In this document: positions 37,972 through 51,807 of the stretch, in pieces
Numbering within the stretch: position 1 is the first letter of the stretch
Layout: each line of letters begins with the position of its first letter
Translations under genes and position numbers: made by a program
Notes under the pieces: model-generated
Databases searched by the model: none
Seen by the model: the letters and a program-made list of their open reading frames with translations, nothing else
What the model was told of the DNA's origin: nothing
Source of the DNA: Camelus ferus
Taxonomy: Eukaryota
NCBI RefSeq assembly: GCF_009834535.1
Contig: NC_045696.1
Location: 45,758,001-45,822,000, forward strand
Direction: 5' to 3'
Length of the DNA stretch: 64,000 bases

Positions 37972-40900
37972 AAGAATGATCCCAAAGGTCTGGCTCAGAA
38001 CTAGATCTTAAATTGCAACATTAAATCACAAATCTCTAGAGAATAACATTAGTTTTAAATCATACTTTCCCTAGAATACAAATGCATCAATCTTACAAAT
38101 AAGCAGTTTTGAAGTATGGGTTGGGGTTGTGGGAAGACCTTTGAAGGACAACCTTATAACAGACTAATAAACAACCTAGTAAAATATGCATCACTAATTG
38201 TGACCAAAACATTGTATCACTAATTACAATATTGGTTACCTATTCCTCCAGAAAGTACCAATATTTTAAAGTAACTTATAAATCATTACACTCTGGCCAA
38301 AGTAGGGTTGATTTTAAAATTACCTTTTACGAAATATGTATACAAAGAGACTTCTAGACCTATTCTGTATCACTTTCAATTACTATCATGCTGGAGATAT
38401 ATATATATATATATACACACACACAATAATGAACAAGGTGTCCCACACAAAACCTGACAGGTGGCCCTTTCAACACATTTAATTATTCAGAAATATAAAA
38501 ACCAAAATAAACACAATAATGAATGTCAGTATTATTCAAATAATTCTTTCTTGATAAGGTTAAAAGAAAGAAGAGACCCTAACCAATGCAGATATATTTG
38601 TACCTTGTTTTGTAAGGGATAATGAGCCTCTATTTGATATATGGGTTAATTTGTTTCAAACAAACTGTCACCATCCACTGTTTTTGTTTTTGTTTTTCTA
38701 TCTTAAGAATCTTTTTCTGGATTCTCATCAACCTTTAGGTTTATAAGAATAAGATGAACTTTTCTTCTTCTATAGATATACCTTAAAATGATCTTTTACT
38801 AAATATTCTTTTGTTTTCTATTGACTCAAAAAGTGAAATTTTCTACATAAATTTTCTTAAGTGTTAGTTAACCGCATCTATGGAGAATTACAGAACTGTA
38901 ATTGAAGTAGGAGATCTTCACTTTATTTTTTAAATCCTTGTTCTTTTTAATAGGATTGCATAGATAAACACAGACTTATAAATGAGTCAATTATAAAACA
39001 AAGAATAACTTACTCATATTATCTATCACTGATAATAAATTACTCATATTATCACTGATCAAAAATGAAAATAACTTCATTTTTACTTACGATTTCATAA
39101 GCCACAAACATTAACTTGCTGACATATACATTAACACAAATCTCGACATGCTGGATAATCCATTTCTAGATAGGAATATGTGGCAAATAAGCACTACATT
39201 TTCTACAACACAGCTAGGTTCTAAAATCAACCTGTGAAGCAACATGGAGGGAGTTGTTTAATAACATCTAGAGAGCAAGACCTGTCCTGGGAGTCTCCTG
39301 AGTGAATCATCTCATGCCATATTCTTTGTCAAAACCTTAAATGAATAAGTGTTTGGCTCACTGATAAGTAGGATGCACCAAAAGTAATTGAATGTGGTAA
39401 TAGAAAATTTGTTAAACCTGTCACTGCACATCATTATCAGCTTCAAATCCAACACAGCACAATTAGCTTACAATAGTTACAGCTGAATCAGTCCACCTTA
39501 AGGTTGGGTGAGTAATGCACTCTTCAGTAAATTAAATTAGACTCCCAGTAGATGAACAGAATAAAGAATGCACGTGTGAGTGGTGTGAATAAGGTAAAAT
39601 ATGGCTTTCTGGAGTGCTAAACCTGCTCCCTGAAGCAATATGGGTTACACAGCCTGCATTACTGCCTCCTAACCAGCAGATATGTCATAGGTAGATCAAG
39701 TCCAGAGCCAAAAAATACACTCCTCAATTCTGGACCCTTGCTTATGATTGATATGTTAAAAGTAAATACTAGACATCATATTCTTCTCATTGCCACATAA
39801 CTACTAAAAATTACAAGAGAGAAAGATTAACAAACTCCACTGAACCTTAAATTGTAGAGGAGAAGGCTTTGGGAAAAGACTTTCCCATCACTCTATCTTA
39901 GCATGATTAGAATTTTTAATTAAAAATTATGGTTATACTCACAGCAAAAAATTTTACTATAATGTTTATGCAATGGTAGAAAATGATTTGAAATAATTGG
40001 CAGGGACATGTTTATTTGCTAGGAAATTGAAATTATATTGGTGTGTTCACACTCAAAAGGGTTTAGGTGAAAATATGTGTTTTAGGGGATGATTAGAATC
40101 GGCATAAATATTAAATAAAACCTAACAAATAGGTATTTGTGCTACTGATTGGCTTGGGAAGCTCAGAAATAAACACAAGACACTTGTGTAAATGCCAGCT
40201 ATAACTCAGTTACAACACTCCACGAGTCTGAAAATTTAATGTTTTTTGATCCAGGGGTTATGTAAATTCTACATTATAGCCATGGAATGTACAGACTTAA
40301 GACTCTTTGTGACTAGAAATTTGATTAATTTGAAACTAAAGATGAATTTTATAATGGACTGCAATGTTCATATTTCTTACCAAGTTTACCTTCCTCAGTA
40401 TCATGGTATCTGAAAAATCGAATTAATAATTATATTGTTTTCTGGTCAATATGTTATGAGAGCAAAAGATGCTAGCAGTCCTAATGAATATTTTATTTCA
40501 TTCGAGTTGAGTTAAAATGATTGGATATCTTTGAGTTTCTGGAGACCAGACTGCTTATTGCTTTTTATATATTTTAGATAACATATTTGGGAAAATATTA
40601 AATATTAACAAGTTTTTATTTCCCCAAGCTGCCTCCACTATCATTTTCTAGATTTCATATACCTCTGACATTTCAGCATATGTTCATCACATGTTACACA
40701 TTATAGGATTTTTGTCAGTGATTGTCTTCTGTGTTGGTCATTTCCTGTTGCCTAGTAGCAAGCTTCGTTAATCTCAATGGTACATCTATAAGCCTTGGTA
40801 CAGAACTGACTCCTTGGAAAACTTCCTGAAGATAGCTAACCTCACCCTTTTGGATTCTTGTTGCATGTAACAGTAACATGATGGCTCTTGGTTAAGTGCC

Positions 40901-42164
40901 CTGGTGTTTTTCTGATTTATGCTTCAGGCATGTTTTGGGGTCTTCAAGTTAGAGTTACTCTGATATATCCATGCCCTATTGACTTTCAAAGAAACGTGTG
41001 ACATTTAATTGTTGTTATTACCTATTGACAAAGCAATTTTTCATTTTAGATTTGGTCCTGGATAGTTTATATAGAAGTTAGACAGTACTACTGTTACTTG
41101 GAAAGTTGATTCAGAACCTATCATACACACATATAATAATGCCTCCTATTTTTTATTTATTTTAAGCATTTACCCTAGCAATCTGAAAGACAAACATATG
41201 TTTAAGAAGATACCATTACTTCAGGGCTATGAGTCCACATATACTTCTCTTTCTATGACCACTTAAGACCTATAATCTCATCTGATCTCTAGTTATCCAA
41301 GGCTTACTGGTAAGTAGACGCTTGTTTCCCTTCATTGGCATCCTTACGGGAGATACAATGGGAGTGTCGGGGCACCTTATGTCCAAAATGGACTTAAGTA
41401 GCTGTTGATGCTTTTTCTCCTGCATAAAAATAAAATCAGTGCCCAATGTGAAAGCTATTTGGAACTTTCTACAATAACAGAATTTTTTTTAATCAAAGAT
41501 TGTGTATTTGAGTGAAGTATATAATTTTTTTTGCACTACTGACCCTGAGTGAACTAAGTATTATTTGGTGAGGTTCCTGGCCTTACCTGGATATTTCAAA
41601 AAGATTTAAAAGATCTACGTATTGGACACCATCATCATTTAAGTATCCCTTGTGTCTATGGCACTGTACAATATTCTCTGGGTAGAGAATGAAAAATAAA
41701 TAGAAGATTGATCCTACACTGAAAAAATTACAAATTAATCAAGATGTACATGGATGAAATGAAAAGCCAATAGACAAAAAACATCAGTTACAGGTGGTGT
41801 GGTTTAAAGTCAGGCTAAGTCTTTAGTGGTTACAGAATACAAATATACACCTTCGTAAAAGCACACATGCCTTCATCACATAAAACAAAGACACTCTCAG
41901 CCATTACACAGACCATGATAAATCGCAAGAAAGGAGAGGTGCTATAACAGTCAATTCAAGCCAGGCGTTCTCCTCAGTCTTAAGCACTGGAAAAATAACC
42001 TGTACTATGAGTGAAGCTGCACAAGCTCAAAACAAACCCTCAGCTCTCAACACACAAACAACACTGGCACTTTGCTCTCATAACAAGCCAGGGAATGGCT
42101 TGAACAGTTTTCAGAGACAAACTCTAAGATGGCTTTGACTACCTCCAGTTTTTTTTTTCCAATT

Positions 42165-42395
42165 GCTTTTTTATAAAAATTTTCAAAAACATAGTAAAAT
42201 TGAAAAAACAAATTAAGTGAACACTTGTACCCATATCACCAAAGATTCCAAAATATTTTTCTAGATTTGCTTTATCATATATCTGTTCACCTATCCATCC
42301 CTCTGTGCATCCATCAATCCATCTATATTTTGAATGCATTTCAAAATAAGTGGCAGACACCAGTATACTTCCTACCAAAACACTTCAGCATATAT
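42165..42395 (-). mobile_element. Old L1 3' UTR end (L1MC/ME-type)
   Basis: aaattttcaaaaacatagtaaaattgaaaaa...gtgaacac; tgcatttcaaaataagtggcagacaccagta. Confidence 0.75.
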
Positions 42396-42983
42396 GCTGT
42401 ATGTACTCTAGGACTGAGAAAGAGTACCTAGGAAAGGACACCTTAGAAGGGGAGCCCCTCCTCAAGGCTGAGGTTAAGTTGTGGTTAGAGAAGGTACAGG
42501 TTAGCCCACTGTATAGTAAAAAAAAAAAAAATCCCCTGGATTTTCCAGGCTAAGGCTGACCTGCAAAACTGGGCCAGCACAAAGCAGCCCTTAGAGTGCA
42601 GCTGGGGAGCAGATCATTAGCAACCAGAATGTGGTTCCCACAGAAGGGGTAGGAATCCTCCAGGTTGCAGGCCATACATGCTGGGCCTGCAGAGAGAGCA
42701 GCTGCTGGGTGGGATCCTCTGGGTCTCAGAGGGGCGCGCTGGTGCAAAGGGAATCCGGTTGCTTGTGCCAAGAGTTCTGGGGGTGCTGCTGTCTCTGTTG
42801 AAGGCCAGGGGCAATTTATCATCAGTCCTGACTGAGACTGCAAGTGTCTGTGGATGCCTGCGCCCTTGGCCGCTGGCTGCGGCAGAGTTCCACTGGACGT
42901 CCCCCACCCCCGCCCCCAACACTGCCCACCCACCTTGCAGTACCCGGAAACTGCAGGAAAAGTTTCTTCCTATGATGCTCCGC

Positions 42984-43000
42984 CAGCGCCCTCTACCGGG
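42984..43000 (-). promoter_or_regulatory. Consensus CTCF core motif within a GC/CpG-rich patch
   Basis: Minus strand CCGGTAGAGGGCGC(TG) matches CCRSYAGRKGGCRS at all 14 positions. Confidence 0.65.
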
Positions 43001-43469
43001 AAAGCTTAATATTGTGCTCACTTTAAAGAAGAAATGTTTGAAAGAACCCTGTTATCACAGGGCACATATTGAAAAGGTTATTTGGAACTCAGTGACAATA
43101 AACTGATAACTGGCACAATTACCAATGATAGTGTACATTTTTTGTGTGTAATTTTGTATATCGTCCTTTGCAAAGTGTCTATTCTAATCTGTTTCTTCTT
43201 CCTCCCTCCCTTCCTTCCTTTCTAAGAAACCCACTGTTTACCACCTTGATCCTGCCTCAGCTTTATCTGGATGTGTGAAAAGCTACAACAGAGAAGCACA
43301 CCCCATGCGTTCTGCATTCTGTTACAGGGTTTTGATTTTTCCAAACAAAGAGTTACTTCAATAAATTCAGATATATAATCTTTATCAGAAATTATTGCTT
43401 ACCGTAAAGATATTGTTGGAGAAGACTCTTAGTATTATGGATTAAAAAAACAGTACAGACAAGCATTTA

Positions 43470-43715
43470 AAAAACAGCATAGCATAGGCAGTAGACTGAC
43501 TCTGGAGTTAGATCACATGTGTTGAAATACAGCTTCTCCATTGACTAGTTGTGCAGCTTTGGGTAATTTACCTAAGATCACTGTATCTGTTTCCTCACCC
43601 GTAAAATAGTGATAATAGTTGTACATCATAGGGCTATTGTAAGGAATAAATAAGTTAATATGTATACATTGCTTAGAAAATTTCCTGGCACATAGTAAGT
43701 CCCAGTAAGTGTTTA
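43470..43715 (+). mobile_element. MIR SINE, near full length
   Basis: gactctggagttagat...tgtttcctcacccgtaaaatagtgataatag...cctggcacatagtaag. Confidence 0.88.
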
Positions 43716-43976
43716 AATATATGTTTGTACATACTTTATCTATATATAGGCATACAATAATAATCTACTAGAATATAATTATACATTATATTTAACACAT
43801 TATATATAAAATTTTAAATGTAGGTTAGCTAGTGATAATACTAGCTAATATTTATTAGGCATTTTCCATGTACCAGGCACCAAAATTTTCCATGTATTAT
43901 TTCACTGAATTATCAAAAAGAAAATTCTTTCTGATACAGCTATGATGAGGAAATGGTATTTTAGATTGGTTAAACT

Positions 43977-44835
43977 GGTTTTCAGTCAAAATAGTGGATT
44001 CAGTTATAGTGTGAAGTCCACTCCACATTCCCACTTCACCTCCACCCCTGTCAACTCCACCAAGCAAATGAAATGCTGGACAAAGTATAACGGTATAAAA
44101 GAAAGGAAAATCTCCGTAAGCAAAGAACAAAAAGATAACTCAAGGTTACAGAGGTGAATCAAATTGAAGCTGAAAGGAGCATGGGGTTATTGAAGCTAAG
44201 ATACCCTTGCAGGACTGGATATTAATACCTTCATTAAGTCTGGAGATGAAACCTCAGGCCCGTACACAGTGGAGAGATGGCATTAAGCTCTCTGCATAAA
44301 CCCAGGACCACAATGGGCTGTCAGTCCATGAGACAGAGATGAGGCAACTCCATCCACTGGCTATAAAAAAATCTCAAAGAAGCTAAGCTGTTCACCAGGA
44401 GCCATGGTCAGAAGGAAGAATCTTGCACAAAAAACCAAGCCCCAACACTACACCAACTATGGATATTGCATTTGAACTTAGACTAAGATGGAAACCCCAT
44501 GACATAAAGTAGGTAAAATGCATGTTTCCCAGCAGAGGAAAATAAAACTTCTCCTCCAACCAAGAGCAGGTTGAACAACCACTGAGGAAGGCATTCTAAG
44601 CCTGTATTCATGGGAAAAGTCGTAACTGCACAAGGAAACAAATTACTTTGAGAAGTCACAGAAACAACCACCTGGAGAACCCAAATTTTAAGAAATGCAA
44701 TAATGGAATAAAATTAAAGAGATATTTAAACAAGCATGTTAAAATAACCAGAGACATAAAAAGAAAGGATTAAATTCATAAAGTGAGGATGAGACATTAT
44801 GAGAGAAGAAACTAAGCTAAACTAAAAGCAAACAT
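43977..44835 (+). mobile_element. Old L1M 5' UTR / ORF1-start fragment, apparently inserted into a MIR (MIR parts ~43835-43960 and ~44840-44950, minus strand)
   Basis: Starts ggttttcagtcaaaatagtgga (resembles L1M 5' start GACTTCCGG..AAGATGGCGGA); aaatgctggacaaa; A-rich ORF1-like end. Confidence 0.5.
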
Positions 44836-45836
44836 ACTAAGGCAGATTTGAGAGTTGAGATAATTTACCCAAGTCCTACAGGGTGTAAAGGACAGATTCC
44901 GCATTTGAACTCTGGCAATCTAGCCCCTAAGCTCTGTGCTACCCTGTCTCTCAAAACAGTATGAGAATTTTCTATGGGAATCATATACCCAAAATATTAC
45001 TACTATTTTTATCTCTGTATTTCCATCTCTTCCAAATGAAATGGAATTGTGGATAATTTTTATTTTGTGCTTTATTTATTGTCCAAGTTAAACAATTAAC
45101 GTATTATCATTAAATCAGAGCAAATGTATTTTTTCTGTTTCAATAGTAATTTAAGGTCAAAATAAGAGTTTCTTTTCATCTTGACCAGTATATTATTGTC
45201 TTAAATCTAGCAGTCACATAAATTTGCCCAACAATATAATCTCACTCTCTTTACAGCCCATTTGTCATGAAAACTCAGCTTGCGAAATCTTGTATTTTTA
45301 AGAATTTGTATTTTTCCTGGACGTGACTCTCAGAGAACCAAGTATTAGGTATCTTGTCCCTTATGTGATAACTTTTTATATAAATTAACTTTGAATTTTT
45401 TATCAACTTTGTGTCAAAAGACATAAGATATTAATCTTCCAAAATATATTTCTGCATTTAGTTCATGGTTCAGTTAATAGTATTTCCTACTAGATTACAT
45501 ATTGTGGATGTGTAAATTTCTTTCAGATTTAAATATCCTCTGTTTCTCAAAGCAAACTGTCTTACTTGTTTGCTTTTCTTTTTCACAGATACTGGGGATT
45601 ATTTAACTGATCATTTCTTTCTTTTTGAGTTAGTTACTTGAAAACTCAAGCCAAACTTGGGATGCCCTTTTAGTAATGGTGTAGGCTTTATGGCATGGCT
45701 TCCATATACCACCAGATTCATGGTATTTTCTCATTCTTATTTTTCTTTGATTCCCAATTTCTTTCTTTATTTGTATTTGTCTATTGTCTTATATTCCTAT
45801 AACTTATATAAAGTCCCTTTAGGAAAACAAATCAGG

Positions 45837-45861
45837 GTGTGTGTGTGTGTGTGTGTGTGTA
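45837..45861. repeat. (GT)n microsatellite
   Basis: gtgtgtgtgtgtgtgtgtgtgtgt. Confidence 0.95.
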
Positions 45862-46164
45862 GTATTAAATTTCACCCGACAGTGTTTTCCTTCATCACAT
45901 TTTTTCTGTACTACACCTGTCTGAAATTGTGCATTTTGCCCAATAAATGAACACTTCCTTTTCACCACATGTGAGGTTAAATTTCAAAGATCAAAAGACT
46001 TCCTGACCTCAAAGATCATCTGAACCATCCTTTATCTCTAGAGAGGACTATATCCGAATTATTACAGATCTATTGATGATTTATTTTATTGAAGTTTATG
46101 TTTTGATAGACGAAGAATACTGTATATTTAGTCCTGAAAATGAACACTCACCTAGGGTTAGTAA

Positions 46165-46677
46165 TGTCAAAGAAAAATTGCACCGGATGGAGTTAAATAG
46201 GAAAGAAAGACTATTAGAGACTATTGCTATAGGGTTCAGGAGGACTGAAATCAGGGAGAGAGAAGAAACTCAGTTCCTCTGGAACAGAAGGCAGTAACGT
46301 TTAAGTACTGGAGCGAGCTAGCAGAAAATCGTGGAGGATGTTAGGGGGCTGTGGTCAATTTGATTAGACAATCTGTATTTGCTAATCAGCACTTTATGAA
46401 ATCAGGCTCCTCCCCTCCCACGGAGACTAGGAGAAATGGGTGCTATCTTTCTTGAAGATGACATTTCAAAGGGATGGCTCTCAGGTCCTCCAGAAAGACA
46501 TTCCTGGGCTGTAAAACTGGCAAGAGGCTAGTACAAAATTTATGTCTCAAAGGGACAGAGAGAGAATTTACAATTACAAATTTTCTAAAATAAATCTTCT
46601 AAGTAAAAGAAGGTCAGGGGCCTAGAGTGAGGAAGAAACTTTTCTGAAGTGTAGTCAAGCTGAGGCCACCGTGGTTA
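46165..46677 (-). mobile_element. ERV1 solo LTR, MER67-like
   Basis: tgtcaaagaaaaattgcaccgga...catttcaaagggatggctc...gtaaaactggcaagaggct...gtcaagctgagg; imperfect 4 bp TSD GTAA/GTAG. Confidence 0.85.
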
Positions 46678-48489
46678 GTAGCCAATGTGTAAGTAGACAA
46701 AACCGCAAAATTTTACTGTATATTTAGATCCATAGAAGGAGACAGGTTAGTCTTTTTGAAGATAATATTTTAATATATTTATAGCACTTATTTCAACAAC
46801 AGTGAAGTATTTTGCACACATGGTATTATCCCACCTTTCTCTGCATCTGTCCTGTCCTCCTCCCTAGTAATTTTCTCCTCCTCCTATCACTGCCGAGATT
46901 TTTGGGACCATGCTCAATCACCACTGCTCACATTTAGTCTCAGGAAGCCACTGAGATTTGGAGCTGCAGCTGCTAAAGCTACCTAAATTAACAGTTTCAT
47001 ACCCAAGACACTCAGCATATACCTTACAAGGTTGTCGTGAGAAATGAATGAGACAATGTATGTGAAAGCACACTGCACAGTCCCTGGAAAATTGTGAGCA
47101 GTTAGGAAATGCTTTTTCAGTGATTCAAACCTTTAAGTATTTATTTCACGTCTTCTTACTAGCTGTGCCACCCTGCTTTCTTTCCCTTTCTTCTTCCAGG
47201 CTTCAGCCTCCTTGTCTCTCACCCTTGTGAGAACTACTGACAACTGCATACCCATCTCGGGTCCATGGTCTGAGCAGTATCAATGCCTTCACTCTCCACG
47301 TCTGCTCCTGGTCCCACTGCCTCACACACACACACGCATCCCAGTTCTCGTTCTGTTCTACAACTCTGTACAACTTAGCATTGAGGGAGGAAAGCAGACC
47401 AGCTGTAACAGAAGAATCAGCCCTGGCATTCACAGGTAGTTAGAGGGGCAGCTGGATCCCTGGCACATCCCATACCTGAACAAATACCCACAGAAATGTC
47501 CCACATATTGTGATTTTGAAACAGTGAAGAGAAGAAAAGTCAAGGGAAGGACAGAAAAAAAAATAGAAAAAAATGACAGTCAGAAAAGATACAAAAGAAA
47601 GCAAACGGAGAAATAGAATGAGAATTAGTTTAAAAATAAAGGTAGCAGAAAGCTTTTGGTTTTTGTTTTGTTTTGCTTTCAAGAACTTGAGGACTGGAAA
47701 AGTCCCAGCCTATAAGGAGAGCAGAGAAGAAAGTACGGGGTGACAGTTGGCCAGGGGAAGGACTGGAGAATGGACGTTCTGGTGGGAGAAGACTGAGAAG
47801 AGCCTCCCAGCAAGAAGTCTAAATTCTTCTTCATTTTCTTCAGGCCCCTGCTTCTACACATACCCTCAAGGCAAAATAACTCATTCCTTGGTTCACTGAT
47901 TAAAGTGAGGCCATTGAGGATATTTTCATCTTGTCTAAATTCCTCCTCACTGTTCTCTTCTTCTACCGGCTCTTTTTAACTCGCCTCCCATTTCAGATAA
48001 ATATCTGACAATTATTTCAAGGACTATTCCTTCAAACCTTCTTCATCCTTCATTCCTTTCTTTTTTCTTCAATTTCTGTTTCCATAACTGACACCCTTTT
48101 TCTTCAGAAGTAATGCCCAGTTTGTCTTTTCAGCAGAGTAAAGAATGTTTGTTAAGTCTAATACATAAAGCAACTCTATTATAAATATTTGAGAAACTAT
48201 TCCTATTATCTTGCATAATATGTACTATGAAAAATTTAATATATGTAAGAGAAAAATGATGGAATAAGAGGAATAAATGCTAAGTACCAGGGAACATTGT
48301 CACATTTCTTGTGCTCACTCTGCCATGACAACAACTTCATAACGCTTTATAATAGAGGATGGACTGAATAATGACCTAAATAAAATTTTAATTTTCTTTC
48401 ATTTTAAGTATTGAGTACTTTTATTATGCTTAGTTCTTAAAAAGGATAAAAAAGTGCTTTCCATTATTCACAAAAGAATTACATTTATG

Positions 48490-48720
48490 TGGATACTATT
48501 GTGCAAATTACTCCATAGATCTCTTCCGTGACACTCAAGGAGTTTCGAATATAGTAAATACAAAATGGGACTTTAAATGTTGACAAAGCCACTAAACAAT
48601 AAGCATGGATGGTTAAGGAAGAATATTCATTACTGAGAAACACTGCAAATGTGTTTATGGAAGAATTGATCACAGAGTCAAAACTGGCATTTTTCAGTGG
48701 AATTGGTGCATTTCTCCCAT
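48490..48720 (+). mobile_element. Possible hAT (Charlie/Buster) transposase C-terminal fossil
   Basis: IQNGTLNV...AWMVKEEYSLLRNTANVF, then after a frameshift VKLAFFS (cf. DGTLK...FWxxVKEEYPxLSxxAL...CExGFS). Confidence 0.4.
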
Positions 48721-49189
48721 TAAACTTGTAATGACTCGAATCCAAAGCATATTTAATTCATGGATCACTGCTGCAATATTGTGTCAACATGCACTTAGGG
48801 AGTCTTCACTGCATGGATCACTGCAGTGATAGACTGTAATGGTCCCTCGTCCATCAAGTTAATGCATATTATCATAGAAAACTAATACAGGGGCTATTGA
48901 TAAAACACTCTGCAGCCCATTCTTTATAAGAAACTGGGGACAAACCCTTAACATTATCAGTAAGAGAACTAACAAAAAACAGAACTAGCTGCTAAGACTT
49001 TTTAGGAAAAATATTTACAAAATAAAAGATTTCTCCAATTTCACTCTATGCTTACACAATCATTTTAACATGGAGTTTTTCCTAAACTCTATATTGTTAT
49101 ATATTCAGTTCTTCTACTTTTTCTGGCCAATTATGTGGGTAAATAGGAAAAAAAGTTACTAATTTGAAGCTGAATAACTAGGAAGTGGA

Positions 49190-49391
49190 AAAATCCAGTA
49201 AATTCCTTTCCTTTAGTAAGATGCTCTATATGACCAAGTTCTAACCACCTCTGTGGGTTAGTCATCTTGGGGCACTCCTATGTGTAAGCACAATGCACAT
49301 GCTAACGAACTTGTTTTTCTCTTCTTAAGCTATCTTTTGTCAATCCAATTTACAGGACCCCAGCTGGAGAAAATGCTGTTTTCCCCCTACC
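49190..49391 (+). mobile_element. MER4-group (ERV1) LTR 3' half
   Basis: tttttctcttcttaagctatcttttgtcaatccaatttacaggaccccagc...ttttccccctac. Confidence 0.6.
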
Positions 49392-50884
49392 AATGCTTTT
49401 GAAATGAAAAGCCTCCAAACTACTTGAAATTCTCCCCAAGCCAGGAAAGTGTCTGTTAGCTCGGGGCATTTCCTACCCTCCTGTATATTTCCACCGTCAC
49501 TGCAGGGGAGGACCTCTTGGTATACTGTCCTCCTGTGCCCTTGAAAGGCCTCAAATAGCCAATTCAGACCTGGGTTTCTTCTTCCTCTAATTAGGAGATA
49601 ATGGCCTACTGTTTGACTTTGCATTTTCAAACCAATTTAGGGACAGCAAACTATAGAGGGTAAGCCCCCAAGGTAAAAAGCTGGCTAATAAATACCCAAA
49701 TTGCTCGAGGTTATCACTACTTCAATGTCAGTCCGATGCTTGGTCTCCCAGAACAAACTAAACTGTCCCCTGTTTTGATAACTTAGCCTTTTCTAACACT
49801 CTCTATTTATAGCTGGTAACATTTATTCACTTGCTGGCAGCCGGTGCATAGGAGCATTGCCAAATTCAATCTGTTAAGAAAACTATGCTATACTACTACC
49901 CCCTCCCGATAACTAACTCTCTTATTCCGGAATGTCCGTACCCATCATTTCCATTGAATACTCTGAAGTATATAGTGCTCTACACAGTGGAGGAAAACTT
50001 CTTCTCAATCTCTGGCTCATGAAAGTGATTAATTATTATGTATTAGGCATCAGGTAAATAATAAAACTATGCCACCATTAAAGCAATTGTTCTTCTTTCA
50101 ATGTGTACTTGCATTTGGAAGAGTGAGAAATTCCTTTTCCCATCGGTTTTTAACTATTTATTTGTTTTGATCCCAAAAATTTAGGAGAGGTGAGAAAAAT
50201 TAAATGAGAGAAAGAGATTTCAACATGAGCAGATATAAGATCTGCAAAGGTAGCAGCAAGCCACAGTAAGTTATTTAGAAATTCATTAATTCATTCTTTG
50301 AATGTTTAGATTCATTGCATCAAAATTAGTATTTGCCTCTGGAACAACTAGGTGGTGATAAATTTATTAAATGTCTTTTATCCTGACAAATCCTAAATTG
50401 CCAAATGTTGTTTTGTTTATGTGTGTAAATATATGCAAAGTAATTCACATTTTACTTTGAAAGTCTTCAACTTTATTTATCACTAAAACTGCCTGTCAGC
50501 CCCGGAAGAGACAATGAGGTAATTTGTTAATGGCTGGAAGTGGAGTCCAGGGAGACGTGATGAACCTGACTAAAGGCAGTGGCAATCTCTACATGTAGAT
50601 CCACAGGTTAATGTTCATCTTTCATGATCCTCTAAATTATACCTTGCCTCCTAATCAGCTAGGCTGAAAATACTCTGTCTCTTACTACTGACAATGGACA
50701 ACTTATTAATTCTCCCACCTTAAATTTAAAGACCAAACATATCTTAGTAGAGATGGGGGCCATGTGCTATTAAATCAATTACATTATTTTACAGAATCTC
50801 AAAAACTGTTATCCTTGAATATCTTAGAGAAGCTGTCCTGTGAACAAGCTTTGTAGGCTCAATAACCAATACGCTTCACATTAA

Positions 50885-51140
50885 ATAACAGTATCTAAAA
50901 TTTATTGAGTACTTACTCTGTTCTAAGCACTTTACATGTGTTAATTCATTTAATGCTTACAGCAGCCTTACAAGATAGGTACTATTCTTGTGCTCATTTT
51001 GCAGCTAAGGAAACTGAGGCATGGAAGCATTGGACACCTTGCCCAAGGCCGCACAACCAATAAGTGGCAGAGCCATATTCATGTTTACACTCAGGCAGAA
51101 CAATTCCACAGCTTGCATTCATAATGTTAGACTGCCTTTC
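50885..51140 (-). mobile_element. MIR SINE
   Basis: atttattgagtacttactctg...cattttgcagctaaggaaactgaggc...cttgcccaaggccgcac. Confidence 0.9.
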
Positions 51141-51237
51141 CTACGGTAACAATACATCCCAAGGAATGCAGATGTTGCTATGATTACTGAAGTATAAACA
51201 GTAAAAAAGTAGATGCTGATTCTTGGATGACAATACA

Positions 51238-51807
51238 TATGGAACCCGAATGCTACCCTGATTAGGCTCGCCAAAACTAACCTGTCTCACTTGCTTTTAG
51301 TCTCATGCTTTTTGTTGATATTAAACTAAATTCCCGCTAACTTCCTTATAGATAACACCTGTGACTTTTGAGTCACTGTAGTATTGGTTACTAAGTTGTT
51401 TTTCAGGAGCTTGGAGCTAGTTCTTGCCCAGTTCAGACTGAGACCACTGATTAACCAAGCCTGCATGAGTGTCCCATGAATGACGTTTTGACTACAGAAA
51501 GCCAAAAACTCCAGCCTCAGGAGATGCTAAGGCCGCCATTTTCTGAACATGCGTCCTGGGAATAGCCATGAAGCTTGACTATGCTTGACTTTTTTTACTT
51601 CCAATCACCCTTCCCCAAGCCTCAGACCACCCTGCCTCTTCATCCCATAAATATGCTTAAACCCTATCTTCAGGGAGGCGAAATTTGAGATTTGTTCTCT
51701 GATCTCTCACTTGGCTGCCTCATGAATAAATCCTTTCTCTGCTGTTAACCTGGGTGTCTCAGGTTTGGCTTGCTGTGCATCAGGCAAAAGACCCTGGTTT
51801 GGTAACA
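51238..51807 (+). mobile_element. ERV1-class solo LTR (subfamily uncertain)
   Basis: cataaata TATA-like element, AATAAA, ends ...ggtaaca; ataca/atacc flanks. Confidence 0.7.

Noticed and set aside
42550..43106. Three overlapping 127-142 aa ORFs
   Set aside because: Explained by local GC richness (few stop codons); no recognisable domain or convincing splice structure
47200..47434. Plus-strand exon candidate with a strong polypyrimidine acceptor
   Set aside because: Weak donor (CAG|gtagtt), no recognisable protein and no partner exons
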